A stretch of 56,107 nt of DNA, the filler included, from Sphacelaria rigidula (lineage: Eukaryota), in assembly GCA_964200075.2 (NCBI GenBank). It is 7 parts of 7 records of this genome, joined end to end, with 100 filler letters (N's around TTAATTAATTAA, not from the genome) between each part and the next. Parts side by side here need not be neighbours in the genome. Positions count along the whole stretch, not along the records: positions 24,091 to 32,020 come from CAXNAA020012943.1; positions 32,121 to 40,049 come from CAXNAA020012944.1; 5 more parts are not named here. One strand, written 5' to 3'. Positions 24,091-35,671 of the stretch are shown piece after piece. Position 1 is the stretch's first letter. Each line of letters begins with the position of its first letter. Below the pieces are notes generated by a model that saw nothing but the letters and a program-made list of their open reading frames with translations, was not told where the DNA came from and ran no database searches. The position numbers and the translations under genes are program-made.

Positions 24091-24636
24091 CAGCTACTAT
24101 CGCAACCCTGCAGCTTAGGGGACGAATGAGCACAGGGATAGATACACTGCTGTAGTTGGTTGGGTAGGCTTTGTTTATTTTCTGTTGGCAAAAACTTGAT
24201 CATCTTCTTTCATGGTAAGGGTCAGCAACGGAACTGCGTGGCAGGGTGGGCAACCGAGTTGCGTGCACGCTCATGGACAGTGCAGGCAGTACAAAGCTGC
24301 ATGTTGTAGAAGTTATTTTCACGTCGCATTGTGAGCAGAGAGAACAGATAGTCCTGTGCTTCTATTTCACACCCTACTGTGCACAAGCGCCCAAGTACCG
24401 TTGCACGAATTTCACTGCCCTTTTTGGATCGAAGGCTTGAAAATTCGCTTGGATCCAACTCGACAAAAATGAGCGATTTTCGCTCGTATCAATTCCACCG
24501 CCCTGACGACCTGATTGTTTTCTCCTTACGCTGATGAGCAAAAATCAAGCTTCAAGTTGTATCAGCGCGAGGCAAAGGAGGGGTGATGTTTATTCGTCAG
24601 TTTAGGGCTTGCTTCAACGCGAGTAGCGGCGGGATA

Positions 24637-24922
24637 TTTCAACCCCACTCCTTCCTCGGGAAGAGTCCGTGGTCTCAAGGAATCAACCCATCTCCGCCCC
24701 CGGCACACGCCTTGCATTTTGGTCTTGCAGATTGGGTCAGCACTACTTCCGCAATGCGTCAACTCTCGTCAAACAAACTCAGCCAACTACTTTTTGTTTT
24801 CTCACGTTCTCACGCTCTCGAAGGTGGAAATCAGATACTTCGAAGAGAAGACCTCATACATGGGGATTCAAACCCATATTCTCTCCACCGTAATGGTGAC
24901 CATTCGGCAATTACCGGGGCGC
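24637..24922 (-). mobile_element. SINE family B, degenerate copy
   Basis: Aligns to 9680-9967 across head and body. Confidence 0.8.
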
Positions 24923-26776
24923 AGGAGGAAATTTTCGATGATTGTCTCTTCGTGCGCAGCCAGACCAGATGCCAGTATTTGTACATTCTGCCCTTCCGAG
25001 ACGCGATCGCAGTTAACTCACGCTGTACAAACCCCGGTGCAACATCATTGCCTATGCAAGCGACGCTTGTTAGTAGCCGTCGTATGGGACCAAAATGGTG
25101 CCCATAGCCTCATTGATTTGTGCGATATTCGCTGACTGTGCTTTCGACTTCATCTCTGATTTATGGATTCACAGTAAGGATATATCACGGTAGCACTGAA
25201 GGCATTGGTAGATATGCATGTTGAAGCTATACGGTGCAAGTTGAGTTGGCTTAGTTGGCTCCGTGTTTGTGGGTAGGGATATAACCAACTACGTGAACGC
25301 TGTTCGGGCACACAAGATGCGATCGAAATGATCGTTCAAAGCAACATGATGAGCGCAGTTACTTCTCCGCACATGCCGCTTGCTGGCGAATCCGAGCAAG
25401 CTCCTTTGACCTCGTACTACACTAATGACGTAGAGTTTTGCTGTTTATTGCACTCAACTCGTTCACGTATCACGCCGTTTGTTGTTCGTGTACAACACTT
25501 TTTTGCCTTTTGAATTATGTCAACGAGCTAGCACAATCTGCTATCGATAATCTACCATCGACTCCAGTACGCGTCGAAGCCCGGGTATTCGTGAGGTTAT
25601 CCACCTTCTGTCACGTTGTTTCATTTGTGACGTGGATGCTATTCAGTCCAACATTTTTTTGCACGGGCTTTATTGTGGTCTGTAGATCACGAGCAAAATC
25701 ATTTTTAATTGCCCCCGCCCGCCTTCACTGGGGCTTCCTGCCAGGAAGTCCCACGCGATTAGAAAAACAAAAGAAAAAAAAAGGACTTTTTTTTTCCCTC
25801 GGAAAGGGGAAAAAAAACGGCCATTTTTGGGCCGACTACTTTTTTTGCAACCGTTCGGCGGCATGGTTCAAGCACGAGCGGCAAATTTCAATCACATTTT
25901 CTTAGCCCCAAAAACACCGCAGAGTTCATTAAAAAAAAAAAACGGACACCGTTAAGGCCCCGTACAAATTTAGGTACCTTTACTTATGAGACAGAGGAAG
26001 TATATATATATCTACATATAGTGCAGATTGTCCTATTTTTGTTTCCCATGCCTATATCGAGTGAGCCACACAAGAGCGCAGCGAATTCGAGAGGATCTCA
26101 AAAAGTACTGGTCAGTACACGGCGAGTACCGGGCTCGTACGGCGCCATCAATATTATCTACTGCAAGCGCGGCAAGCGTAGATTAGTGCACTATCAAGGC
26201 GTCGCGCAGGGCGACGACTTTACGGGGACGTCGCCCTGGCTGCCTGCTATGTAGCGAACATTAGCTCTAGTGGTGACAATCCCACCGCAAACGTGTCGCT
26301 CTACTCGCCCTGCTAAGGCCCGATTCGACAGATTCAGACACTGTTTGACGCCGCCAGCGGAGTATCTGAATTATCCGAGCATTTCCTCTGAAGCCCGCCG
26401 CGATGTACCACCACGTGATGCAGCACAGCACCGTAGCACTACTATGCTAAAAAGACGATGCGATGCACACGAAATTGAAATGTGACGAACCAGCTGGGTC
26501 TGGGTCTGACTAGCCTTGTATCTATCGTGAGAATCGGGTCACATGTTGCCGGGTTTTGGCGAGTGGCGGCGAATGTTCTTCTTCGCCTGAAGCAAGCACA
26601 ACTGCCACAACAACTGAACCCACAAACGACAGTCCAAGCCCTGAATACTGCGCTGCACGTTTCATTTTATCGTCCGTTTGTGCAGCTCAGCACTCGACTG
26701 GCAGTGCGGTAACCACATTCTTGACTACATCTGACCGAAGTTTTGTTGTCCTCGCCCCCGCCGTCCTGTCCCGCAG

Positions 26777-27409
26777 TGCTTCATGACGATAGGTGAGCAG
26801 TACGAAGATGCGCTTGCGCGGGCAGAAGAGGAGGGGTGGGCGCTTCCTAATTCCGAAGACAGCCACCGCAGCGCCCTGACAGCTCTCTTGTCTGGGCAAG
26901 ACCCCGCGGACTCCACAACAGGGGTGCGAGAAGTGTCCCTCCCGTGGAAGTATCTGCCCGGGTTCTGGCCTGTCCTGTGGTTCGCTCTGGTAGCTTCTCT
27001 TCACATCCTCATGGTGCTGTCTCAGCACTGGTCTGTAGCGTTCAAGTGTCTCGTTCGTTTCCGCCGGGTGAAAGATCCTTCGAGGGCCACGCATGCCATG
27101 GTTACCCCCAGGCCTCACGCGGGGAACGGGAAGACGGTGCTGGTTCCCGTGGAACGATCGCCGCTGGGTCCGACGTTCGAGTTTCATCGGAGGAAGTACG
27201 TGTTCGACCAGCGGTCGGAATCTTTCGTGAAGATCCGCTGTCGGGTGGATCGGCCATTGAGCTTTTACAGGCGTTGGCGTGGCTTGACGACTGAGGATGC
27301 GGTGAGCAGCGCGAGGCTCATGTACGGCACTAACCGCTTCGAGATGGAAATGCCGGGATTCTTGGAGATGTACAAGAAGCAGCTGCTGTCGCCGTTCACG
27401 ATTTTCCAG
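26777..27409 (+). CDS. P5A-type cation-transporting ATPase (Spf1/ATP13A1-like), exon A
   Basis: ccgcag acceptor and CAG|gtgagt donor, 211 codons; LHILMVLSQHWSV, FEFHRRKY and YGTNRFEM..F..MYKKQLLSPFTIFQ are typical of the P5A N-terminus. An upstream exon probably exists but was not located. Confidence 0.9.
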
Positions 27410-27789
27410 GTGAGTGAGTATGTACGAGCACGGTAGGCGTTCGTCACTACTGTAGTCAGCGTCAGAAGTATGCAGAATTCGTAATTTCCTAATTCCTCAA
27501 AGATTTTCCAAATTCGTTTCGCTTGCCACCGCTCATCACAGTGACTGTTGGATGCCAAAAAAATGGGCATCGGGAGATATTTTTATCCTCTTGACAAACA
27601 TTGAAAGAAAAAAATATCGGCGATCAATATTGAGTGACTTACGGGTTCGACCGATCTTCGGGGGTCCGGCGAAAGTGCAACCCTAGGTTCTAGCTTTAGC
27701 TTTTTGGTATTTTCGGTGGACCGAATGGATCCCGATCATATAAGTGAAGACACAAGAAAAAAAAATCTAATTCTACCCTATTCACTGCG

Positions 27790-28226
27790 CTAAAGCCGGA
27801 AAAGTATGTTTCTTGGACCGTTCACGGTCAATAACACCCTCCTGATAAACGGGGTCTTTACTCCGTATCGCCCCCAAAACACCAACTTGGGCACTGTGAT
27901 TTGAGCACGGTCTGCTTATTTTGCCAAAACTATCGACTTTGAGTGTTCATGGAAAATGTTGCGCGAAAAAAAACGAGCAGAGGCCATCCACAAAACATGC
28001 TAGACTGAGGTCTGTGCAGTATAGGAGGGAAACACGATCTCGATCGTTATTGTGAAGAGTTGTATACGTATTTATTCATCTGAATGTTTACCGTTTCGTT
28101 GCGGAAGAGCCGGAAAACTGGTTTTATTGTACCATTGACGGTCAAAAACACCCTCCTAATAGACGGGGTATCTAGGCCGTATCGCCCCAAAAACACCAAC
28201 TTGGGCACTGCAGTTTTGCGCGGCCT
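27790..28226. repeat. ~115-bp direct repeat pair inside ATPase intron
   Basis: agccggaaaa...acggtcaa..acaccctcct..ccgtatcgcccc.aaaacaccaacttgggcactg at ~27793 and ~28108. Confidence 0.75.
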
Positions 28227-28602
28227 ACGCTTCCCCCTAAATCTACGGGCGATAGCACTCTCAAGTAGTAATGAAGAATAATACTTGAGAAAAACTCAAG
28301 AACTACACCAACTACGAATTCTGAAAACTTCTGATGCTGACTACTATACAGCTGTCCGTGTAACATGGATGAGTATGATTTGCACAGAAAAGCGTGTCGC
28401 TACCTCTACCATACGCCGAGGCTTATAGCTTCGAAACTTTATACATGATGCTCACATGCTTTATTCAGTAGGGTTGGCTAATGGGCCCAAGCACCTGCGA
28501 GCGCTATGTCGGCCCATTCGTCTGGGGCGGTCACCTCACCCACATCCGTCTCTTGTACTCAATGCCCGTTGTTGTCCGCCCCCCCTCCCCTACCCCCCGC
28601 AG

Positions 28603-28775
28603 CTTTTTTCCTCGGCTTTGTGGCTGCTGGACAGCTACTGGCAGTACTTCATGTTCACGCTGTTTATGATCGCGACCTTCGAGGCCACTGTGGTGATGCA
28701 GCGACTGAAGAACCTGACGACTTTGAAGGGGATGGGAAATGACGCTGTCAATGTGAAGGTCTTCCGAGCTGGCAG
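28603..28775 (+). CDS. P5A ATPase exon B (TM1-TM2)
   Basis: cgcag|LFSSALWLLDSYWQYFMFTLFMIATFEATVVMQRLKNL...VFRAG|gt; phase 0 in, phase 2 out. Confidence 0.92.
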
Positions 28776-29596
28776 GTGATGATGATACGTGCTCATTTTC
28801 CCCAAATCCTCCAGCAGGAGCAAGGCGCACAGTGCCGACTGCTCGTTTAATTGATCATTAATTGGCTGTCGCACACTACTTGAACTCATCCACCCCGAAG
28901 CCAGCCGCAGTCACAAATACCCATATCTAAGTTAAATATGTGCGGAAACACGCGCCGAAGGAACCTTAGAAAATGAAGAAAGACAAAATCAAGGCATAGG
29001 TTCAGTGTCGCAAGGCACTCAGTGCGCTGTGTGGGTTGAAACGGTGGTTATCAGCATAGCGCCCTTCTTTCTATTTAACTGCCATTGCCTGATAAGAATT
29101 ATAGAGGTACGATATCAAGCTCGGAAGATGGAAAAAGGCGAACACAAAAAAAGAAACCAAACAGAGCAGGTTGAAGAAAAAATAAAGGAAGCAGAAGAAA
29201 AAGGAGGAATAAGGGGAAAGCTAGGCTAACACGTGGTACTGATCCAGAGAAAATATTCCTGACGGACCCTCACCACATGGGTTCAGACGAGGAAACCGTA
29301 CGATGCAGCACGAAGAACAGAAGCAGCCTACTGTGGTCATGACCACAAATGGGTTGTAGCCGGAAACTTCCAAGAGACTTGAATTATCATCGCGACCAAC
29401 TCGCGTAAGGTACATACAATGTACTGCGTTTTATTTCGACGTTGGGAGTTGGGGCCATTTCATCAGCAGTGCGTTCGTTGTCCAGCGGATAACTTTTAGG
29501 TCGCCGTGTACGACCTCTTCTTCCATGTCCTTCTGACTTTGTGACGATTATGCTCGATTGTTTTCTCTGTTGCCCTATTGGTTTTTTTCCCCCTAG

Positions 29597-29792
29597 GTGG
29601 CAGAGTACAACGACGGAGGAGCTTCTTCCCGGAGACCTGTTCTCTCTCAGGCGTTCCAAAAGAAACGATACCGTGCCGTGTGATTGCTTGCTTGTACGGG
29701 GTAGCGCTGTGCTCAATGAGGCGACCCTCACCGGCGAGAGTGTTCCGCAGATGAAGGAGGGCCTTGCCTGCTCCAGAGACGGCGGAGACGAG
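29597..29792 (+). CDS. P5A ATPase exon C (actuator domain, TGES motif)
   Basis: cctag|(R)WQSTTTEELLPGD...VPCDCLLVRGSAVLNEATLTGESVPQMKE...|gtacac; phase matches exon B. Confidence 0.95.
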
Positions 29793-30377
29793 GTACACAG
29801 TGTATTTACTCGTAGTGAGTGCTTAGCTGATTGTCGCGACACGTGAACGTAGTGTCCTGTGTAACAGCAGGTTTGTTGTGTTGCTGTTGCTTGGCATCTA
29901 GTTTTGATGTTTTGACGGTTAGGACACATCATCACGGGTTCGAATCACCAAATCCACGATTTCTTCGGCCTGATTGCGCAAAAGGGAGGTCCAAGGGGTA
30001 TCCACGCAACGGTTGCGCCATTCCACGCGTCTGGGCTGCGTGTACCTGGGTAGCAACGCTGAAAACAAAGCCTAGGGATTGATTCGTACGATTTTAAGCA
30101 ATCACTCTAAAATCAAGTAATTTCCAGACAAATCATTGATTCGTCCGACCCTTGAATGTTTTGGTGGAGTTGCGATTCAGGGAAGGAGTCCGAGTGGAAT
30201 CAGGGCCCACTAGAAAATATCGTCGCTGCCGTGCTCTAGTATACTCTGCCAAAGACTGTTCGGCTATTCCTTGCCTCTCTTCGGGCTTGTTGTGGCATGA
30301 AGACGCTTTTCTTGGCACGCGCAGCACGTGACCAGCCCCGATTGATTGCTGCTTCATTCTCAACTTGTCGTGAGCAG

Positions 30378-30455
30378 GTGTACGTCATGAAGGAAGGCCA
30401 CCACAAGGTCTTCACTCTGTTCGGGGGCACCAAGCTTCTCATGTGCAGTAGCCAG
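30378..30455 (+). CDS. P5A ATPase exon D
   Basis: gcag|VYVMKEGHHKVFTLFGGTKLLMCSSQ|gtacgg; contains the LFGGTK motif. Confidence 0.92.
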
Positions 30456-31513
30456 GTACGGCTGTGTATTGTCTCTATCCCGCGGCGAAGAAGGGCAAAA
30501 GCTTACTGTTGCGTGTGCACGCGATGCAAGCCCGAAAACTCCCCACAGTAATCGCGCGGCTTTGTGGGTGTTGGTCAGGGTAGCGTTGCCTTGGTCTGTG
30601 TTGTATTGTAATCCCGGTGTGAGATGAACCCAGAATTTCCAGGGCTGGGTAATGGCGTAGCCGGCCATTTTGCTGGATCCTGCCAGTACCTTGGGTCCGC
30701 GGCGAAGCCCCGCCGGAGGCGCACTTTTACGCGAATCGGCTTCACTTGCGGTGCAATTCGATGAGTTTACGTTGGATAAAGAGGCGTTTTAGTGGGACGC
30801 ACGCGAATATGAATGCACTGGCAGTACGGGCTGCTCCTTTTCCGGTACCAGCGCTCAGTCCTGAGAATCATCCATGGTGTCTTTCTCTCGAGCTCAAAAT
30901 GTATTGTTCGATGGTGAGCGATGTTTCACATGTGTACACAAACAGTGTACCGCCATTTTGGGCCAGTTCAGGGGACAAACTATTAATAGTTTTGCTGAAT
31001 AGCCATGTTCCGCAGCTCTTCCCAGTATCATATCGCTTTCTCTGCCCTTTTTTTTTTCCAGGTCTTTGTGTACTAAGGAAATGGAGGAAACATCGGTCTT
31101 GTTCTTGCCAAAAAAGAGGAAAATGATATTGATAAAGATCTGCCTGTTGTTGGTTTTTCAGGGTCCCGGCTGGCTCTTGTGTACTGATTTGACGAATGGT
31201 CGTAGGTAATACTTTTTCCCAGCCAAGACCAAACGATACGCAAACACGCGTTAGCATCTTGACGTCGCCTCGACGGAAACACTCATGAGCCCTACGCGGC
31301 GAAGCAGGTTGTGTCCCAGGCACGTGCATAGGGTGTTTCTCGTCGAGAAACAGTCGAAGAAAAGCCCGCCCGCCTGCATATCAGGCCACAGACAAGCACG
31401 CCAATACACGCGTTACAGAAGCATTGTGTGATGAACGCAAGCACTGAGTCAGGAACACGAGCATTGTGTAGTAAACGTGAGCTTCATGTGGTGTGCACCC
31501 ATTGTGATAACAG

Positions 31514-31702
31514 GGCCAATCTGGTGTAAATGAAGAGTCCGAGGATGGACAGGAAGAGGAGAACGAAAGTGACAGTGAGGAGGGTGACGAGGCAAGCGGG
31601 GACGAGTCGGAGAATGATCTGACGGGGGAAAAGGCGTGGAACGAGACGCCGGATGGGGGTTGCCTTTGCTACGTGCTCAGGACAGGCTTCAGCTCATCTC
31701 AG
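31514..31702 (+). CDS. P5A ATPase exon E (absent from ORF track); gene continues beyond contig end
   Basis: aacag|GQSGVNEESEDGQEEE...WNETPDGGCLCYVLRTGFSSSQ|gtatgg; 63 codons, phase 0/0; P5A PDxGCxxYVLRTGF motif. Confidence 0.92.
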
Positions 31703-32020
31703 GTATGGTACATGAGTAGATTTCATTGCGCAAAGTGGTGTTTGTAGGACGGTACTTCTAGAGCCTTGAATTGGTATATGACTGTAGCACAGCAATGGTT
31801 CGAACGATTGTCGCTATTATAGTATTGATGTAACGCATGATGAACAAACACACAACACAACGAGATGATCATCTCGCATTACGTACCTGACTGCAACAAT
31901 CCAGCTCGTGATGAGAAACAGAACAAAATTGGAGAAATATATATATAGAGAGAGGGAAATGTACCAATTAAGATACGCCTAAGGCACCTGGCGGGAAAAA
32001 CTCTATATCTTGGGACCCAT

Positions 32021-32120
32021 NNNNNNNNNNNNNNNNNNNNNNNNNNNNNNNNNNNNNNNNNNNNTTAATTAATTAANNNNNNNNNNNNNNNNNNNNNNNN
32101 NNNNNNNNNNNNNNNNNNNN
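32021..32120. other. Artificial contig spacer
   Basis: N run with TTAATTAATTAA. Confidence 0.98.
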
Positions 32121-32479
32121 CAGCCGCTGAAAAACATCAACGAGTGCACTCGTCTCGACGAGTGATGGCTCGTCCGACATATGAATGATTCCCATCACTC
32201 CGGATTGAATTATAAACCATACAAGTATCCGGCGACGCACTCTTCGCTGTCGATAACATGCCCGCGCAGCAATCCTCGGCCGACCCCCGCCAGTTGGTGT
32301 TTTCCAGCGGCTGCATCATCCGCTGCACGACCAGCTCCTGGTACGTACAGTTTATATTTCAATTCGGGGGTAATGGAAATCCTTCAGGTAGTTTCCTGGC
32401 GCTCCACTACGTAACGTCGGACAGGGCCACCACGGCGGTGGGGGACACCAATCCTGACGATATCACCTCTCACTTCCAC

Positions 32480-33100
32480 TTCCTGTTCCTCTTGGTTCAG
32501 TTGAGCGGGGGATATGATTACGGGAAAACGATGACAATATTGAAGGAGTACCGTAGCAATTTCCGAGATTTGATGGCAGAGACAAAGCTAGCTTCTCGGA
32601 GCGTAAGGACAAACTTGGCGTCATACTGTCACTTCATCCGAATAGGCGATATCCTGCAGGGCCAGCCGATGCCGCATACCCCTGTAATTGGCGACGATAT
32701 GCCGCCTCGTGACGCGGTAGGTCTGACGAAATGGGACCGAGCGAGTCAATATTTGTTTATCGTTTTGTTCTTCAGCAGGGACCTCTTCGCGCACAACACC
32801 GTCAAGCGACACATGGAGAAGACGCACGAGGCTCATACCCTGTTGAGAAAGAGTCCTTGGACGCTTCTGAGTGTGGTCGCGAAGGCTGAAGCTAGTGGCA
32901 GTAAAGGCAAGCTAGCAGATACGCTGCGCTAGGAGTATAACCAGAATACAGCGCTGACCGTGCCGCTTGCGGGCGAAACGATCCAGAACAAACCATCGTG
33001 CAGGACGGTAAGCAGAGCAGAGTAAAGAGGTAGGCGACTCCCCCCTACGTTCCATATCAGATCGAATGTCGGAGGAAGTACCGGCGATCTACGATGTTTT
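32480..33100 (+). mobile_element. Ty1/copia gag relic
   Basis: DILQG..P...KWDRASQYLFIVLFF...HNTVKRHMEKT and downstream PEYSA resemble copia gag (UBN2-type) helices; degraded, no pol visible. Confidence 0.5.
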
Positions 33101-34595
33101 CACATAAAACACCACGTTACGAAGCGTTGGCGAAATGTGGAACTCCAAGCCTCATTTCCTAACACGAGTCACCTCGCACCATGAGAACGGCAGGCCTGGC
33201 AACTTGGGAAGTAGAATCAATCTCTTGTAGCTAAGCGGCTGTAATGATTAATGATTCACTATTAGACGAGAGAGTGACTACGTACTGTATTCGGATAACA
33301 ACTACGGGCATTTTATCCGAAACAACAATAAGTAATGCCTAATTTTTTCAAATAAGATTATCTCGTCATTTTGGAAGCGAGCTCGATCACTTCAATCTCT
33401 CGCACTCGACAAGTCACTGATGGTCCGTGATTTATGTTTATTTCTTCTGCAGATATGTAAATAAATCATGAGGTACAGTACTAGTTTTTGCTCTGGGTAT
33501 GAAATGAGACCCGATCAGAGAAAGACACGGGGAGACTCAAAGACGCGCACACAGAGAAAGACAGACAGACGAGATGGACAGGGACAAGAGATACAAAAAG
33601 AACTACTTCGAGGATGACCTTGGAACAGCTGACGTCGACCTCCCCGAAATTTTCCTCACACAAGTGAGGGATCGACTCTCAAAGCTTGAGCGAAAACTCC
33701 AAATTCGCACTCTGATATCTCAGGTATGGTAGTGAGACCAGCCGGTAGACCCGAACGATGTCATTTTGTCTCAACAGCACCTGAGAATGAACGGAGGCAA
33801 AGTATCGGCAAATAACCACGCAGCGTGCACACATGTTCACCCCATGCACCCATGAAGAAGGAAAACGACGCGTTTCGGTGTTCCCTCTGTCGTTTTTTTT
33901 GTTTTGCGTCAAACAAACTGAGCTTACATGTACCCGTGTCATGGGCGAAGTATGTCGCGTCGCTCCACCGTCTGATGAGTGTATTACGGCGCACTCTTAT
34001 CGATTTGTTGTATATCCACTGTTTTCTTTCAATACTTTCGGGTCGACATGGAGATTTTTCGAATACAAAAAGAAAAAAAAGCAGAGAACCTTTCGTGAAT
34101 ACGTGCAAAGAAACACACGAGGAAGTTAGGAAATTTCAGAGCACGATAAAGATCATCTACCCACCCACCCACCCACTCATACGCTCAAACGTGCTTCTTG
34201 AGGAGACCCCGGCGGCGTTCAAAATACTCCGGCCTCTTTTTGAAATATCTCTGTGATGCCTCCGGAGCATTTTCTACGCGCGGGGGGTACTTGTTATACA
34301 CAATATATTTCACGTTTTTCCTACCCGTTCGATACCGCAGGGGTACGCAGAACAGTACAGCACAACTGACGCTAGTACTGTTGGTCACTGCCGTCAATTC
34401 GTGCAACATGCACGCTTCGGCCGCATTCCGTCTCCATGCCGGTACCTAGAATGCATGCAGTGTTGCTGTCACTATCGGTGTACGTTATATACCACCCCTA
34501 AATTACACCGCCGGGCGATGTTTTCTTCTTTTTGTGGCACAAAATTATCTTCATACGTGTGCACCACAGACCAATGATTCTGCAGAAATATTTGA

Positions 34596-34694
34596 CCCTT
34601 GGACGGCGAGAGTAGGTCATCTGTTGAATCGGCGTCAGGTTCACTTGAAAAAAGTATGCATGATAGAGAAGAATTACCTTCCCGGTATTAAGGG
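34596..34694. mobile_element. ~100-bp piggyBac-like MITE, copy 2
   Basis: TTGA|CCCTT...AAGGG|TTAG (degenerate TTAA flanks); interior shared with 22297-22396. Confidence 0.55.
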
Positions 34695-35189
34695 TTAGTT
34701 AAACTCTTATTCATTTTTGCACACGTCACACGTCACGCGACACAAAATCAAACCAGAGGAGCCCGACCACTTGCTGGTGCCGACGACCGAAGGAAGACGA
34801 CACTACAACACCAATGTTTCAGATCGGTGCATGGGTTTTAGGGTAGAAGGTGCCAGTTCGTGGACACTCGACCACCAGCCGAAACACGGCATACTGTTCA
34901 TGCTACTCCAATCAGTTATAATTCTAAACGTACTTCACGACTATACTGTGGTATCGCCACCTGCACGCAAAACAAGCCTACTTTGACCGAAGACCAGTGT
35001 GACCGCTGAAGAGCAGTCCTCGAGTCCCAGTTGGCGGATGACGCTTTATATTATTCGCAAGCAGGCTGTTTACTATGCTAGATGTGTCAAGCGTTGTCCA
35101 AATCGTTCTGACTTGATGGGGCCGAAACCGAAACCGGGTCACAACTCAAGATAAGGAGTATGACCTTTCAAACACAAAGGCATGTCTAG

Positions 35190-35671
35190 AGTGTGCGTTC
35201 GTGTGTTGTGTGTATCTTCATCTCATCTATTCTCCGCGCCAGTCTAAGCCTTTCGGTATATGTGGGCGCATCAACCGGGGTCACACAGGAGGAAGGCCAA
35301 CACAGGAAGAAGGCCAACACAGGAGTTTTCTTTTCTTCTATTTGTTCTAGTACTCCTCCTTCCTTCTGCGATGTTTGTCTCACGTTTTATCGCGAGAGGG
35401 GTTCAGAGGTTTCTTCCCTTTCTTCTCTCCTATTTTGTTCTAGTACTCCTCCTTCCTTCTGCGATGTTGGCCTTCATGTTTTTTCGCGAGAGGAGTTCAG
35501 CTATTCCTTCACCTCATTGGCCGTGAAGTCGAATTTTGTGTGCTCACGACACGGTCGCTCTCCACTGTTGGGTATGGTGTGAAAAAACATCTCAGATCGC
35601 TCCGAGATTCGAATCCACAACCTGACCGTTAGAAGTTACGAGGTTACCAACTGAGCCACCGGGGCGACCGG
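35190..35671 (-). mobile_element. SINE family A copy with internal duplications
   Basis: Reverse-complement head CCGGTCGCCCCGGTGGCTCAGTTGG...CTTCTAA...GGATTCGAATC; duplicated tgttctagtactcctccttccttctgcgatgtt; CA-type tail. Confidence 0.85.

Noticed and set aside
33227-33411. Copia LTR downstream of the gag relic
   Set aside because: TG...CA candidates lack matching inverted ends, a second copy or a clear PPT.
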